Below are positions 28,901-38,672 of a stretch of DNA of 64,000 nt, piece by piece; within the stretch, counting starts at the first letter, position 1; every line of letters starts with the position of its first letter. The position numbers and the translations under genes were made by a program. The notes under the pieces are model-generated. The model had not been told where the DNA came from. It worked only from the letters and a program-made list of their open reading frames with translations, and did no database searches. The DNA lies in the IMG/VR virus record IMGVR_UViG_3300027763_000040, positions 1-64,000 of that record; one strand, 5' to 3'. This DNA comes from a virus.

Positions 28901-31900
28901 AGATTCTTTTGCAATATAATCTAAATTCAAACGAATCATTCTTGCTGCATCAAAGAATCTATCTGTCGCCACACCAGATAGTGGTTGTAAAGAAACGACA
29001 GCAGATCCACTGGTCATATTTGGTCCAATGAAACTTATATTAGTAATGTGGCATCCATTGTTTACATAGAATAGATCCTGATCTGGATATTGTGGTGTTA
29101 CTACACAGTTACGAAGTTCTGTTCCCTGTACTGATACTGTTTTTGCCAGAACAATTGGATTATTTTCAACATATACTCCCGGAAATACTTTAATTGTGTC
29201 TCCAAACAAAGCAACAGAGGCAGCTGATTTGATAGTTCTTTTTGGATAATTTTCTGCTAATCCAGTATTATCATCATTACCAGTTTGAGAAACATAAATT
29301 GTTTTTCCAATTGGACGATATGCATCAACAGTTACCCTACCTTTTCCTGGATTTTGTGTTGAGGTAATATCAATACCAATACCAGGTACTAATTGCGTTA
29401 CAATTCCAACTAGATTTACACCACTACCAAAATATTCCGTGGAAGTTGTTGTTCCTACAACTGTTAAAGTATTTGTTACAATACTTGTTCCAATACCAAC
29501 ACTACCGGATGATGGATTATAAACTAATTTTTTAGAAGAAACATATTCATTATTTGTTGTTCCACTTGTTTGTTTTACGAATGTTAGATAATCAACTTCA
29601 TTGGTAGTATTATTGTCTTCTAATACTATGACTCCAGAACCAGGAATTCCTTGAAGACCTTGGTTTCCTTGAGTACCTTGGCGTCCTTGAGTACCTTGAG
29701 TACCTTGAGTACCTTGAGGACCTTGAAAAGATGCTGCACCCTGAAGTCCTTGATTAGCCTGAAGACCTTGGCGACCTTGAGTACCTTGAACACCTTGATT
29801 ACCCTGAGTACCTTGAACACCTTGATTACCCTGAGTACCTTGAGTACCCTGAGTCCCTTGAAAAGATGCTGCACCCTGAAGTCCTTGATTACCTTGTGTA
29901 CCTTGTGTACCTTGATTACCTTGAGTTCCTTGGAAATTACTTAAAAATCCTTGAACACCTTGGTTTCCTTGAGTGCCTTGAGTGCCTTGAGCACTTTGTT
30001 GTCCTTGAGTGCCTTGAAATCCCTGATTACCTTGTGTACCTTGTGTACCTTGATTACCTTGAGTACCTTGATTACCTTGAGTACCTTGGAAATTACTTAA
30101 AAATCCTTGAACACCTTGGTTTCCTTGAGTACCCTGGTCACCTTGAGTACCTTGGAATCCTTGAGTACCTTGAGCACCTTGAGTACCTTGGAAATTACTT
30201 AATGGTCCTTGAAGTCCTTGGCGACCTTGATTACCTTGCGTACCTTGATTACCTTGCGTACCTTGATTACCTTGAGTTCCTTGACGACCCTGATTTCCTT
30301 GAGTACCTTGAGCACCAAGGCCTTGATTACCTTGAAGTCCCTGAGTACCTTGGAAATCACTTAATGGTCCTTGAAGTCCTTGAGTTCCTTGGAAATTACT
30401 TAATGTACCTTGATTTCCTTGAGTACCCTGGCGCCCTTGAGCACCCTGAGTACCTTGAGTACCTTGGGCACCTTGAGTTCCTTGGAAATTACTTAAAAAT
30501 CCTTGAACACCTTGACGACCTTGGGGACCTTGAATACCTTGAGCACTTTGTTGACCTTGAGTACCTTGAGTACCTTGGAAATTACTTAATGTACCTTGGT
30601 TTCCTTGAGCACCTTGGTTTCCTTGAGCACCTTGAGTACCCTGGGACCCTTGAAAAGATGCTGCACCCTGAAGTCCTTGATTACCTAATCCTTGAGTACC
30701 TTGAGTACCTTGATCACCTTGAGTACCTTGATTTCCTTGAGTACCTTGGAATCCTTGATTTCCTTGTAGACCCTGGCGACCTTGATTTCCTTGTAGACCC
30801 TGGCGACCTTGGTTTCCTTGAGTACCTTGATTTCCTTGATTTCCTTGAAGACCTTGATTTCCTTGATTTCCTTGATTTCCTTGAAGACCTTGGTTTCCTT
30901 GATTACCTTGAGTACCCTGGTCACCTTGAGTACCTTGGTTTCCTTGATTTCCTTGAGTACCTTGGCGCCCCTGGCGTCCCTGAGTACCTTGAGTACCCTG
31001 GTCACCTTGAGTACCTTGGTTTCCTTGATTACCTTGGGTGCCCTGGTCACCTTGAGTACCTTGGTTTCCTTGATTACCCTGGCGACCTTGAGTACCTTGA
31101 GCACTTTGTTGACCTTGAAGACCTTGATTTCCTTGAATACCTTGATTGGAAAGTCCTTGAGTACCTTGGGCGCCCACGCGCCCTTGAGCAGCTTGAGTAC
31201 CCTGGCGACCCTGATTACCTTGGTTTCCCTGATTACCTTGGACACCTTGATCACCTTGAGTACCTTGGCGACCTTGAGTACCTTGGAAATTACTTAATGG
31301 TCCCTGAAGTCCTTGGCGACCTTGAGTACCTTGAAATCCTTGGCGACCTTGAGTACCTTGAGCACCCTGAGTACCCTGAAAATTACTCAAAAATCCCTGA
31401 ACACCTTGATTTCCTTGAAGTCCTTGAGTACTTTGGTTTCCTTGAGTACCTTGGAAATCACTTAATGGTCCTTGAAGTCCTTGAAGTCCTTGAGTGCCTT
31501 GACGACCTTGAAGACCTTGAAGACCTTGAAGACCTTGATTACCTTGAGTACCTTGGAAATCACTTAATGGTCCTTGAAGACCTTGAAGACCTTGAAGACC
31601 TTGAAGACCTTGATTGCCTTGGTTTCCTTGAGTTCCTTGGTTTCCTTGAGTGCCTTGACGACCTTGAAGTCCTTGATTACCTTGAAGACCTTGAAGACCT
31701 TGATTACCTTGAGTACCTTGGAAATCACTTAATGGTCCTTGAACACCTTGAACACCTTGAGTGCCCTGAGCACCTTGACGACCTTGAGTACCTTGGTCAC
31801 CTTGAGTGCCTTGATTACCTTGAGAACCAAAACCACCAGTAAATCCTTGAGCACCTTGACGACCTTGAGTACCTTGGACACCTTGATCACCTTGAGTACC

Positions 31901-32323
31901 CTGAGTACCCTGATTGCCTTGGTTTCCTTGAGTACCTTGAGTACCTTGAGTACCTTGAAATCCTTGAGTACCTTGAGTACCCTGGAATCCTTGATTGCCC
32001 GGAGTACCTTGAAGTCCCTGTAGACCTTGGCGACCTTGAAGACCTTGAGTACCTTGTCCAGAAAATTGCCCACTTGTACCCTGAATAGCTTCGACGGATG
32101 CGTATCCTAGATTATTCCAAGGAGTAACTCCATCACCAAACTTAAAGCGATTAGTATCAGATTCAATACCTAAAGTACCAGCTGATAAAATTTCATTTTC
32201 AGATTCCCATTCTGAAGCTAATTGATATTTACCATCTTGAAGATTTGGTGCAATAATATTTTTAAAAAAAGTTACCTTTTCATTAAAATAAGATTCATTT
32301 CCAAATACGGTAATATCTGCCAT
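25904..32323 (-). CDS. Very large collagen-like fibre protein
   Basis: 2139 aa. N-terminal W...N.IL..G..GIESDTNRFKFGDGVTPWNNLGY (Mtd_N/hyaluronidase N-terminal type), about 800 aa of Gly-X-Gln, then IYVSQTGNDDNTG...GDTIKVFPGVY (beta-helix start) and PHTYVSGG repeats. Confidence 0.8.
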   Translation of the reverse strand: MADITVFGNESYFNEKVTFFKNIIAPNLQDGKYQLASEWESENEILSAGTLGIESDTNRFKFGDGVTPWNNLGYASVEAIQGTSGQFSGQGTQGLQGRQGLQGLQGTPGNQGFQGTQGTQGFQGTQGTQGTQGNQGNQGTQGTQGDQGVQGTQGRQGAQGFTGGFGSQGNQGTQGDQGTQGRQGAQGTQGVQGVQGPLSDFQGTQGNQGLQGLQGNQGLQGRQGTQGNQGTQGNQGNQGLQGLQGLQGLQGPLSDFQGTQGNQGLQGLQGLQGRQGTQGLQGLQGPLSDFQGTQGNQSTQGLQGNQGVQGFLSNFQGTQGAQGTQGRQGFQGTQGRQGLQGPLSNFQGTQGRQGTQGDQGVQGNQGNQGNQGRQGTQAAQGRVGAQGTQGLSNQGIQGNQGLQGQQSAQGTQGRQGNQGNQGTQGDQGTQGNQGNQGTQGDQGTQGTQGRQGRQGTQGNQGNQGTQGDQGTQGNQGNQGLQGNQGNQGNQGLQGNQGNQGTQGNQGRQGLQGNQGRQGLQGNQGFQGTQGNQGTQGDQGTQGTQGLGNQGLQGAASFQGSQGTQGAQGNQGAQGNQGTLSNFQGTQGTQGQQSAQGIQGPQGRQGVQGFLSNFQGTQGAQGTQGTQGAQGRQGTQGNQGTLSNFQGTQGLQGPLSDFQGTQGLQGNQGLGAQGTQGNQGRQGTQGNQGTQGNQGTQGNQGRQGLQGPLSNFQGTQGAQGTQGFQGTQGDQGTQGNQGVQGFLSNFQGTQGNQGTQGNQGTQGTQGNQGFQGTQGQQSAQGTQGTQGNQGVQGFLSNFQGTQGNQGTQGTQGNQGLQGAASFQGTQGTQGTQGNQGVQGTQGNQGVQGTQGRQGLQANQGLQGAASFQGPQGTQGTQGTQGRQGTQGNQGLQGIPGSGVIVLEDNNTTNEVDYLTFVKQTSGTTNNEYVSSKKLVYNPSSGSVGIGTSIVTNTLTVVGTTTSTEYFGSGVNLVGIVTQLVPGIGIDITSTQNPGKGRVTVDAYRPIGKTIYVSQTGNDDNTGLAENYPKRTIKSAASVALFGDTIKVFPGVYVENNPIVLAKTVSVQGTELRNCVVTPQYPDQDLFYVNNGCHITNISFIGPNMTSGSAVVSLQPLSGVATDRFFDAARMIRLNLDYIAKESVGFLTSGFSGFAGSHREQDAARLIDKNLNYISAEAVGFLTSPVGYGFTLSSGDYTNCREDVVSIMNAVSYDLKANSNRKSIGAGYSYFNSSGGLIHITGIATQRATIAALNYAAGIATHVINNYTPPISYQSGIGSVSQIKDASVIIVNGGCVGVGTTIRQLVGIVTNMIGAASTLTAPSVRYGVVLESGDCSDDVRSVWKCIIHDITRGGNSRSVAAGKAYYDSNWNLIPQILHNPGEVQQTISTFNYSFNIARAVINNCSWGGYPVGLGTTVVNAVYDANTGITTITAINHGLTKNDPVKIAGLGFTCPSGPGTLLYPSGNLGYIFPVKSIVGVNTFEVVVGQSTLPHTYVSGGTIQKYTNFQNQYTQIKDLAMQVDPKTGFNDVIASCADVASALKSCVGIVTSIVGFGSTAFAYVGFNTTYPGNRGSGFDSIRKIQNAIYDEKSGKTTITSQGFSLKKGDIIEVRDLLFSCSSGGPTSTQLFPSGRYGYEFYIEKVYPNGTFDIYTGISTIPHTYVSGGYIINRSVGVTTASYNNLTGITTITAPNLNVRVGDFVTIRDLEFSCLSGSGTTTIYPTGNNGYDFRVLSVVGTGSTFTVNVGTAPMAHKYVTGGVVLPPYSKGVGPITQGPYIRNCTNFIPDSIGMRVDGFNAEPGEAEDIGVTGTMSVDSYTQYNQGGIGCSITNGAYSQLVSIFTICDDIGIFTKSGGQCDITNSNCSFGNYGLVSDGVGDYETKSIYRYTGEVVNSAEIETDTVTISGLGGQRPYDGQAIYFGELYYQINSLQVTNGGSGYSQLNPPNVTIDFPEGPSGIRAEASANVDENGIITSIDVISTGSQYSTVPNVTISNAPGGSGVGGDATAVLYPLYYTIQTATLPVSGISTVILTQNLNNSVDPGTTVYFSRISLQIATSISLEWVGSGTDINTAKPALGGVTIQENETDKRNGGQVVYTSTNQGGNFQIGDGVVINQLTGTISGRAFSQSLLNTVTPLIIALS
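29640..32085. repeat. 9-bp-period coding repeat (Gly-X-Gln), about 2.4 kb
   Basis: Tandem ccttgagta / ccttgattt / ccttgaaga units with a recurring ggaaattacttaa interruption. Confidence 0.9.
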
Positions 32324-32324
32324 T

Positions 32325-32879
32325 TTATGAACCTATCACTGTAGTTTTTGCTATATCAAACGCTTTACCAACAATATCTCCACCAACAAAACTTCCAGAA
32401 AATATTTGACTACCAAAAGATTGTTTAATCGCATTTCCAGTTAAAGCATCAATATCAGCTTTATTACCCTTCATTAAAATTCTACCAGATCCAGAATTTA
32501 ATGTAATATTTCTTCCCGCTTTAATATCTACGTCTTCATCTGCATCTATCATTATATTTTTCCCCTTAATTCTAACTGAACCATTTCTCATTGCTGTAAT
32601 AGTAACATCTCCACTCATTCCCGCAATTACAATGTCTACCCCGTCACTACTTTCCTTATTTCCTGCAATAATTTCAATATGCCTATCATTATAAATTCTA
32701 TATGATCCAGATTCAGTTAAACCGACAAGATTGACATCATTGTTGTCAGTTACTCCATAAAGAGCATAAACATTTGTTCCGTTGGATCCCATTTGGGGAT
32801 TAGTAACGTCAATTCTAAACTTTGGACCTAAACTCCAAATATCTCTTGCTTCCCAATTTTGATTCGGTCTTTCTGCCAT
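32325..32879 (-). CDS. Baseplate spike-associated protein, similar to the gp5 C-terminal beta-helix
   Basis: Periodic beta repeats (DVTITAMRNGSVRIKGKNIMIDADEDVDIKAGRNITL) directly after gp5. Confidence 0.6.
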   Translation of the reverse strand: MAERPNQNWEARDIWSLGPKFRIDVTNPQMGSNGTNVYALYGVTDNNDVNLVGLTESGSYRIYNDRHIEIIAGNKESSDGVDIVIAGMSGDVTITAMRNGSVRIKGKNIMIDADEDVDIKAGRNITLNSGSGRILMKGNKADIDALTGNAIKQSFGSQIFSGSFVGGDIVGKAFDIAKTTVIGS

Positions 32880-32880
32880 T

Positions 32881-35382
32881 TTATGTTATACAGTCAACTA
32901 CTATTTTTAATTCTCCCTGAGGAGTTGTTGAAAGTTCTCCAACAATTGGTTTTAATATTGCTCCAACACCAGTTTTCGATTTAATTTTAATAACTGGTAA
33001 ATCTGATATTGTCATACTATTTATTGGTCGTCTCTGAGTAAGTTTTTTATTAGTATTGGTATTGGTACTAGAAACTGTTAGTCCAGGATTTTCTTGAATG
33101 ATATTTGATATGATTTCTGGGGTCAGGGTGTCTTGTAAGGTTATGGAAACTGACGTAACAGTTCCAACATCATCAACAATTAGATTGTAGGTATTATTAT
33201 AATTATCAGTTCCGACATCTCCAGCATTGTATCCTATTCCACCATTAATAACTGCAACTCTAACAACACCATATGGTTTGTATTGTGGATTTGTTTCAGC
33301 AGTAGATACTGATGATTGGAAATTAACATCTCCTAAAGGATAATTTTCACCTTCTGATACCATATAAATCTCAACTATTTCACCAGCATCATTAATTATT
33401 GATCTAGCAACAGCCCCATATCCTTGATTACAATTATCGACAAATTCTACAAATGGTGGATAACGATATCCCGATCCAGCATTATCTAATCTAACTCCAA
33501 TTATACTTGCGGTTCTTTGTTCGGTAATATTATTATTGTTTAATACATTGTTAGCAAAATTTCCCAAAATTGCTGTTGCTGTTCCCCCAGATCCACCACC
33601 ACCAAAAATACGAACTTTGGGAGGCCCACACGATGTTGGTTTCCCAGTATAACATCCCCCTAAAGGACTATTAGTTGCAGGGGTTTTTGTTCCTGCTCCA
33701 AAAATATCCCATTGACCATATTCTTGATTAAATGTGAAAGTTGGAGATGCTTCCGATAAAGTAGTATCTGTAATTGGAGAAATTAATGAAAAACTTGATC
33801 CAACATCATAATTTGTAGAAATTCCAGAATATGCCCTTTCAACAGAAATTTGATTGATTTTTGGATTTATTGAAGTAATTTTCATAATTTCAGAATTACT
33901 TGTAAGTAATCCATCAACTTCAAAACCATTCAAATTATCAAATAAAAGAGTATTATCGGTTTTAGTAACTATACTAGTTACTTTTCTTAATCCTACGTAA
34001 TTATCTTTTACAATAGAATCATTTTCTTGAACATCTTTCACATATGGTGATAGTCCAACAGCTGCAGCAACATTCATATTATCCAATATACTTTTAAAGG
34101 TGCTCTCTTCATTTTCGCTTGATTTTGCACCACTTCCAATAGTCCATTCTTTAACAAGTCCAGAACATTTTCCCTTTGATTGGTTGCAATCAAACAATCC
34201 ACCAATAGATTTAATTGAATCAATGCCACTACGAAGAAAATTAGCAACATTAAACCCCCCAATTAAAGATAGGAGTTTTTGCACCCCATTTAAAGGTCCT
34301 GCAAGACCTTGAACAATCTTATTAATAATTCCATTCATAAATGCACCAGAAAATTGATTTCCAGCACATGTAACAAAGTTGTCAACATTATCTAAGACAG
34401 ATTTTAAAAGATTTTTTACAATACTGCCAAGTCCACTTACAATTTTTCCAGCAACACATGGAATTGCTTCTTCCAACTTTTTAACTGGATTAATCATAGC
34501 AGTTTGTGCTGCTACTCCTGCTAAATGTGCAATTCCAGGATTTAGTGTTGCTGCCAATACTTTTGCAAAAACTGTTTTAAATAATAATTGAAGACCTTTT
34601 TTAAGAAGTGGAATAAGTTTATTGAAAAGAGAGTTGAACATTTGTCCAACTATGTTATTTGCAATCGAAACTATTTTTTCAACCGAACGACTAATTTCTC
34701 CGGCAATATTTGAAACTTTTGAAACTCCATCAGATACCTTATCCAACAAATTAGTTACTTCAGTTATTATTCCCTTTACTGCAGTATCATCACAAGTATT
34801 TGCGAATACAATTTTTTTACCTACACCACTGTAATATGCAATTTCATCTTTAGTTTCTTTATTTGAATTTAATTTATTAATAACCTTTGGCGGAACATCT
34901 CTTGGAGATTTCTGAGATGTTGAATTTGATTCACTTGTTTGACTATTATATACTTTACCATTTGGATCTGCAACATTATCAGTATACCCAGTAAATGGAA
35001 CGAATGGAGAAACATAGTCATTGGATGGAACTTGACTTGTTCTACCAAAAAGTCCCATAATTACAGGATTTTGTCCATTATCTCCGTCCAAGAAAAATCC
35101 AAAAACAACATCACCAGGTCGAAGTTTGGGATTTGTTGAGTAATTTGCTGCGCCAGATCCAGAAGTTGTTGGAAGAAGAACTTGCGCCCAGGGCAAATCT
35201 TCATTCTTAAGTTCTACATTATTATATGGGTGATAACCCATAATACGAACTTTACAACGATTTCCCCATCCACCACCATTAGTCTGCTTTCCTTGAGACT
35301 CAATTGGTGGAATTTGCCCAATCCACCAACGAAATCCATCTCTTCCTATAAAATTACTTTGAAGTAGTGATTGATCAATCAT
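32881..35382 (-). CDS. gp5: Baseplate hub subunit gp5-like
   Basis: OB-fold motif WWIG...RCKVRIMGYH...DLPWAQV...VFGFFLDGDNGQNPVIMG. Confidence 0.85.
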   Translation of the reverse strand: MIDQSLLQSNFIGRDGFRWWIGQIPPIESQGKQTNGGGWGNRCKVRIMGYHPYNNVELKNEDLPWAQVLLPTTSGSGAANYSTNPKLRPGDVVFGFFLDGDNGQNPVIMGLFGRTSQVPSNDYVSPFVPFTGYTDNVADPNGKVYNSQTSESNSTSQKSPRDVPPKVINKLNSNKETKDEIAYYSGVGKKIVFANTCDDTAVKGIITEVTNLLDKVSDGVSKVSNIAGEISRSVEKIVSIANNIVGQMFNSLFNKLIPLLKKGLQLLFKTVFAKVLAATLNPGIAHLAGVAAQTAMINPVKKLEEAIPCVAGKIVSGLGSIVKNLLKSVLDNVDNFVTCAGNQFSGAFMNGIINKIVQGLAGPLNGVQKLLSLIGGFNVANFLRSGIDSIKSIGGLFDCNQSKGKCSGLVKEWTIGSGAKSSENEESTFKSILDNMNVAAAVGLSPYVKDVQENDSIVKDNYVGLRKVTSIVTKTDNTLLFDNLNGFEVDGLLTSNSEIMKITSINPKINQISVERAYSGISTNYDVGSSFSLISPITDTTLSEASPTFTFNQEYGQWDIFGAGTKTPATNSPLGGCYTGKPTSCGPPKVRIFGGGGSGGTATAILGNFANNVLNNNNITEQRTASIIGVRLDNAGSGYRYPPFVEFVDNCNQGYGAVARSIINDAGEIVEIYMVSEGENYPLGDVNFQSSVSTAETNPQYKPYGVVRVAVINGGIGYNAGDVGTDNYNNTYNLIVDDVGTVTSVSITLQDTLTPEIISNIIQENPGLTVSSTNTNTNKKLTQRRPINSMTISDLPVIKIKSKTGVGAILKPIVGELSTTPQGELKIVVDCIT

Positions 35383-36701
35383 TTCTTTTTGGGTCCGAAT
35401 GTATCTCTAATTAACTTCATAGAAGTATATGATCTTTCAACATCAAAATGATGGCATAATTCTTTTATCATATATAGACCACTTGTTTCTGAATCATATT
35501 CTTTTGCATCAGATTCGGAAATTTTGGGAAATTGACATTCGATAATATCACCTGCTCTCAAATTTGTATTTGAGGGAACCATAATACTCATAGTTTGTGT
35601 GAAAAGAGTGTTATATCTCATCAATGATTGTGATTGGTGTAATGATGGATCCGAATTTTGCGATGTAGATACGCCTGGATCCATTGTTCCAACATCCAAA
35701 ATTTGACTCATAATTCTTGTTGGTACTTCATCGAGACCTAGATTGGAACTATTTGAAATTTTTGGAAGTTCTAATTTTTTACCTAGATTCTTTGTTTTTT
35801 TAGAATAATTATTATATGTAAATACAGTGTTTGAAAAATTAAAATCCAATGGATTGAAGAATAATCTTTGACTAGAATACGCCCCTAATCTAAGTTTTTC
35901 TATTAGATTTTGATTTTTATCAGTAATATAATTTAAAATTTTCAAATCATTATCATCTTTCTTATCTTCAGAATCATAAGAAGTTGTTGCTTCACTATAT
36001 GTGTATGTTGCTTTTGGAGATTGTTCAATCAAATTATCAATAGATCTAAATTGGAATCCATCAATTGTTTGATAAAATAAAAATCCTGCTGTACCAGATC
36101 CAGAAGATTCGGGAACAGATTTTGATGCTAACCAAGTTAAAATTGTAAATGGTTTTCTCATATTTCCAACAAAACCATATTTGTTTGAGGTCTTATCAAT
36201 TTTTCCAATTTTTTTCGCTATCAAATAGTCATTAAGAATTGCTCTAACAGAATTATCAATTGTTGATGATGGGTTAAATTTTTTTGGAACTCTAGAAGTT
36301 TCATTTGTAATTGATTCTCTTGAAGTTAAATGAAGAGTAAAACTTTCTCTTTGAGTCTCAGAAATTACATCAGTAATACTTGAAACATAAAGATAACCAT
36401 TAGAATTTTTTGAAAAATCTAATCCTGGATTTTTTTCACTGTTTCCTGAAATTCTTATTGATAATCTCTCTCCACCTCTTAAAGGAAGTCCATTATAAAT
36501 TGATTGCTTATCTCCATCTGGATTTTCTTTGGGAGCAATTACATTTCCAGTGTCCATTACTTTAATTTTGGCAGTAATGGTAGGTGAAAAAATATCTTCA
36601 AAATATTCAACTGCAATAGTACCACTACTAATATCAACAGTTCTACTTTGATCGTTTGATTCTATAATTAATTCTTCAAATATAGATTTTTTTATTGACA
36701 T
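35379..36701 (-). CDS. Baseplate hub protein, probably gp27-like
   Basis: YFEDIFSP, FLFYQTIDGFQFRSID, LRAGDII...SGLYMI..LCH. Adjacent to gp5. Confidence 0.6.
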   Translation of the reverse strand: MSIKKSIFEELIIESNDQSRTVDISSGTIAVEYFEDIFSPTITAKIKVMDTGNVIAPKENPDGDKQSIYNGLPLRGGERLSIRISGNSEKNPGLDFSKNSNGYLYVSSITDVISETQRESFTLHLTSRESITNETSRVPKKFNPSSTIDNSVRAILNDYLIAKKIGKIDKTSNKYGFVGNMRKPFTILTWLASKSVPESSGSGTAGFLFYQTIDGFQFRSIDNLIEQSPKATYTYSEATTSYDSEDKKDDNDLKILNYITDKNQNLIEKLRLGAYSSQRLFFNPLDFNFSNTVFTYNNYSKKTKNLGKKLELPKISNSSNLGLDEVPTRIMSQILDVGTMDPGVSTSQNSDPSLHQSQSLMRYNTLFTQTMSIMVPSNTNLRAGDIIECQFPKISESDAKEYDSETSGLYMIKELCHHFDVERSYTSMKLIRDTFGPKKK

Positions 36702-38671
36702 TATAGATACGCTAGCTCTAGAAGAAGTTTTTGCTTAATAAATCTATTTAACAAGTAAGTATTATCTACTTGACCAGTAGGTTTTTTTCCTTCTGTTGGA
36801 TAAGATGCTACTGTGGTTTGTGGAGGTGGTGATGATTCGGGAACATCGACAACAATTGTTTGACCTTTTCTTTCTGGAGTAATTACTTGTTCAACATTTG
36901 ATTTTGCTGTAGGATATAAATTTGCCTTCGCTGGTTTTCCAGAAAGATCCGATCCAGAAGATCCAGAAGCACCGTGAGAAACGGTAATTCCCTGACTTCC
37001 AACAATTTCTGCCTCTCTTCCATATCCTCCCCTATAATAGACCGAACCTACGGCAAAGGGAAATTTAGTTGCCGATCCTGGTTGAGATGGAAAAGTTCTT
37101 TGCACTGAAGGATTAGTTTCCTGTATATCAACTGCCATGCTGCTTCTTGCACCATGTGCTTGCTGTTCTGCAGCAATTTGAGATTTTAGAGTTGCATCAT
37201 CTTTACTTGCAAAAATTCCAGCATTTCCAAAATAAACACTAGATCCTCTTGCAAACATTGCCTTTACAGCATAAAAGGCAACATCTCTAATTCTTGCAAG
37301 TATTGATGGATCATTTGTTTTGGAAGAATAATCCAAATGAAAATGTGTTGCATATAATTTATCTTTACCATTTCCAGATCCACCCTGAATAAATCCACCA
37401 GACCCACTTTGGGGTATAAGTGATAATCCAGTGGAAGTATTTGTAGGTTTTGTTGAGATTGTTGTTGGAGTTGGTTTTGCTGATTGTGTTGGTTGTGCCT
37501 TTGATACTGGAGTTCTTCTCGCCTGCTCAACAATTGCCCTTTCTTTAGTAGAGTATTTGGATCCTCCAGAAGTCCAAGGTGCTATTCCCCTTTCTTGCAT
37601 TAATGCAAGTGCCATTCTATCTTGATTTTCGGGACTAAATTGATCGCTTGGTTTTAAACCTGCAGAATTCATTGCTCCTGGAAGAGTATTACCAATCATT
37701 TGATATTTTCCAGCAGCATGAACTCCCAAATCAGGTTTTGCGTTTCTTGGATATTTTCTTTCATTTTGACGATCAATGACTTCACCAATGGTCATATCAG
37801 TTAAATTTTTACCAATAATATCTTTTGAAGTTTTGCCTCCCATAGTTGATCCAACTATGTTTCCATTTTTATCAGTTCCTTGATTCATAGCATTATAATT
37901 GCCACCACTTTCTGGACCAGCAATAATATCCAATGCTTGTTTATGAATTCCTCCTACAGGGCTAGAAGGTGTTGATGGTTGAGGATAAAGTGTATTTGGC
38001 GCTTCTTCTCCTAATGGTGGTGCTTCTTCTTCAGTATCAGAAGATTGTGTAAGTGGTGTGGTTAATAATTTATAAGCTTGAAACAATTCATCATTTACAG
38101 ATTGCATGGAAGAATTTAAATCTAAAAATGAATTTTTTACTCTGCCTGATTGATCAGTAAAATCAAAAGTTGCTATGTTAGTAACAACACTTGTTAAAAG
38201 AGTTCCAAAATTACTTATTATATTTAAAGTATCTCCTATAAAATCCGATATTAAACTTCCAACTTTAAATACTCTAGAAATAAATTCCTTTCCTATAAAA
38301 ATTATTGTTGGCAAATTCTCAACTAACCATCCAGCAGTTAAAAATCCAAGAAATCCCAATAATCTCTGAAATGGTCCAGCAGAACTTGAACTAATCATTC
38401 TAAATCCACTTGTTGGATTTGTAGTTACTTTTGATGCTTCAATCCTATCTTCAATTTCCTTTCTTCTAGATGCTTCTCTTCTTCTTGCATCAAGAATACT
38501 TGATTTAAATGCCAATCTTTCCTTTTCTTTCGTATTAGATGATATTACTCTAGAAATTTTATTAATAGAAATATTAGATTTTAAGATTTGGTTTTTTGTA
38601 GTATTAATAGATCTATTAGCATCTTCGGATGCAAGTAAAGATAATCTAAAAGAACTGGATATAGATGCCAT
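36701..38671 (-). CDS. Tail-associated muralytic protein: lysozyme-like domain plus M23-like domain
   Basis: ALDIIAGPESGGNYNA...AAGKYQMI..TL...FSPENQDRMA (lambda-lysozyme/transglycosylase-like), then HFH, H..D, GGYG and SH motifs. Confidence 0.7.
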   Translation of the reverse strand: MASISSSFRLSLLASEDANRSINTTKNQILKSNISINKISRVISSNTKEKERLAFKSSILDARRREASRRKEIEDRIEASKVTTNPTSGFRMISSSSAGPFQRLLGFLGFLTAGWLVENLPTIIFIGKEFISRVFKVGSLISDFIGDTLNIISNFGTLLTSVVTNIATFDFTDQSGRVKNSFLDLNSSMQSVNDELFQAYKLLTTPLTQSSDTEEEAPPLGEEAPNTLYPQPSTPSSPVGGIHKQALDIIAGPESGGNYNAMNQGTDKNGNIVGSTMGGKTSKDIIGKNLTDMTIGEVIDRQNERKYPRNAKPDLGVHAAGKYQMIGNTLPGAMNSAGLKPSDQFSPENQDRMALALMQERGIAPWTSGGSKYSTKERAIVEQARRTPVSKAQPTQSAKPTPTTISTKPTNTSTGLSLIPQSGSGGFIQGGSGNGKDKLYATHFHLDYSSKTNDPSILARIRDVAFYAVKAMFARGSSVYFGNAGIFASKDDATLKSQIAAEQQAHGARSSMAVDIQETNPSVQRTFPSQPGSATKFPFAVGSVYYRGGYGREAEIVGSQGITVSHGASGSSGSDLSGKPAKANLYPTAKSNVEQVITPERKGQTIVVDVPESSPPPQTTVASYPTEGKKPTGQVDNTYLLNRFIKQKLLLELAYL

Positions 38672-38672
38672 C

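Noticed and set aside
29866-31842. 658-aa plus-strand ORF (LEYLEY...) and similar ORFs at 24089-25293 and 29626-32073
   Set aside because: These are shadows of the 9-bp Gly-X-Gln repeat; its antisense and shifted frames lack stop codons by construction.
23970-32085. Possible CRISPR array or non-coding satellite
   Set aside because: There are no constant repeats with unique spacers. The repeats are in-frame coding triplets with synonymous variation.
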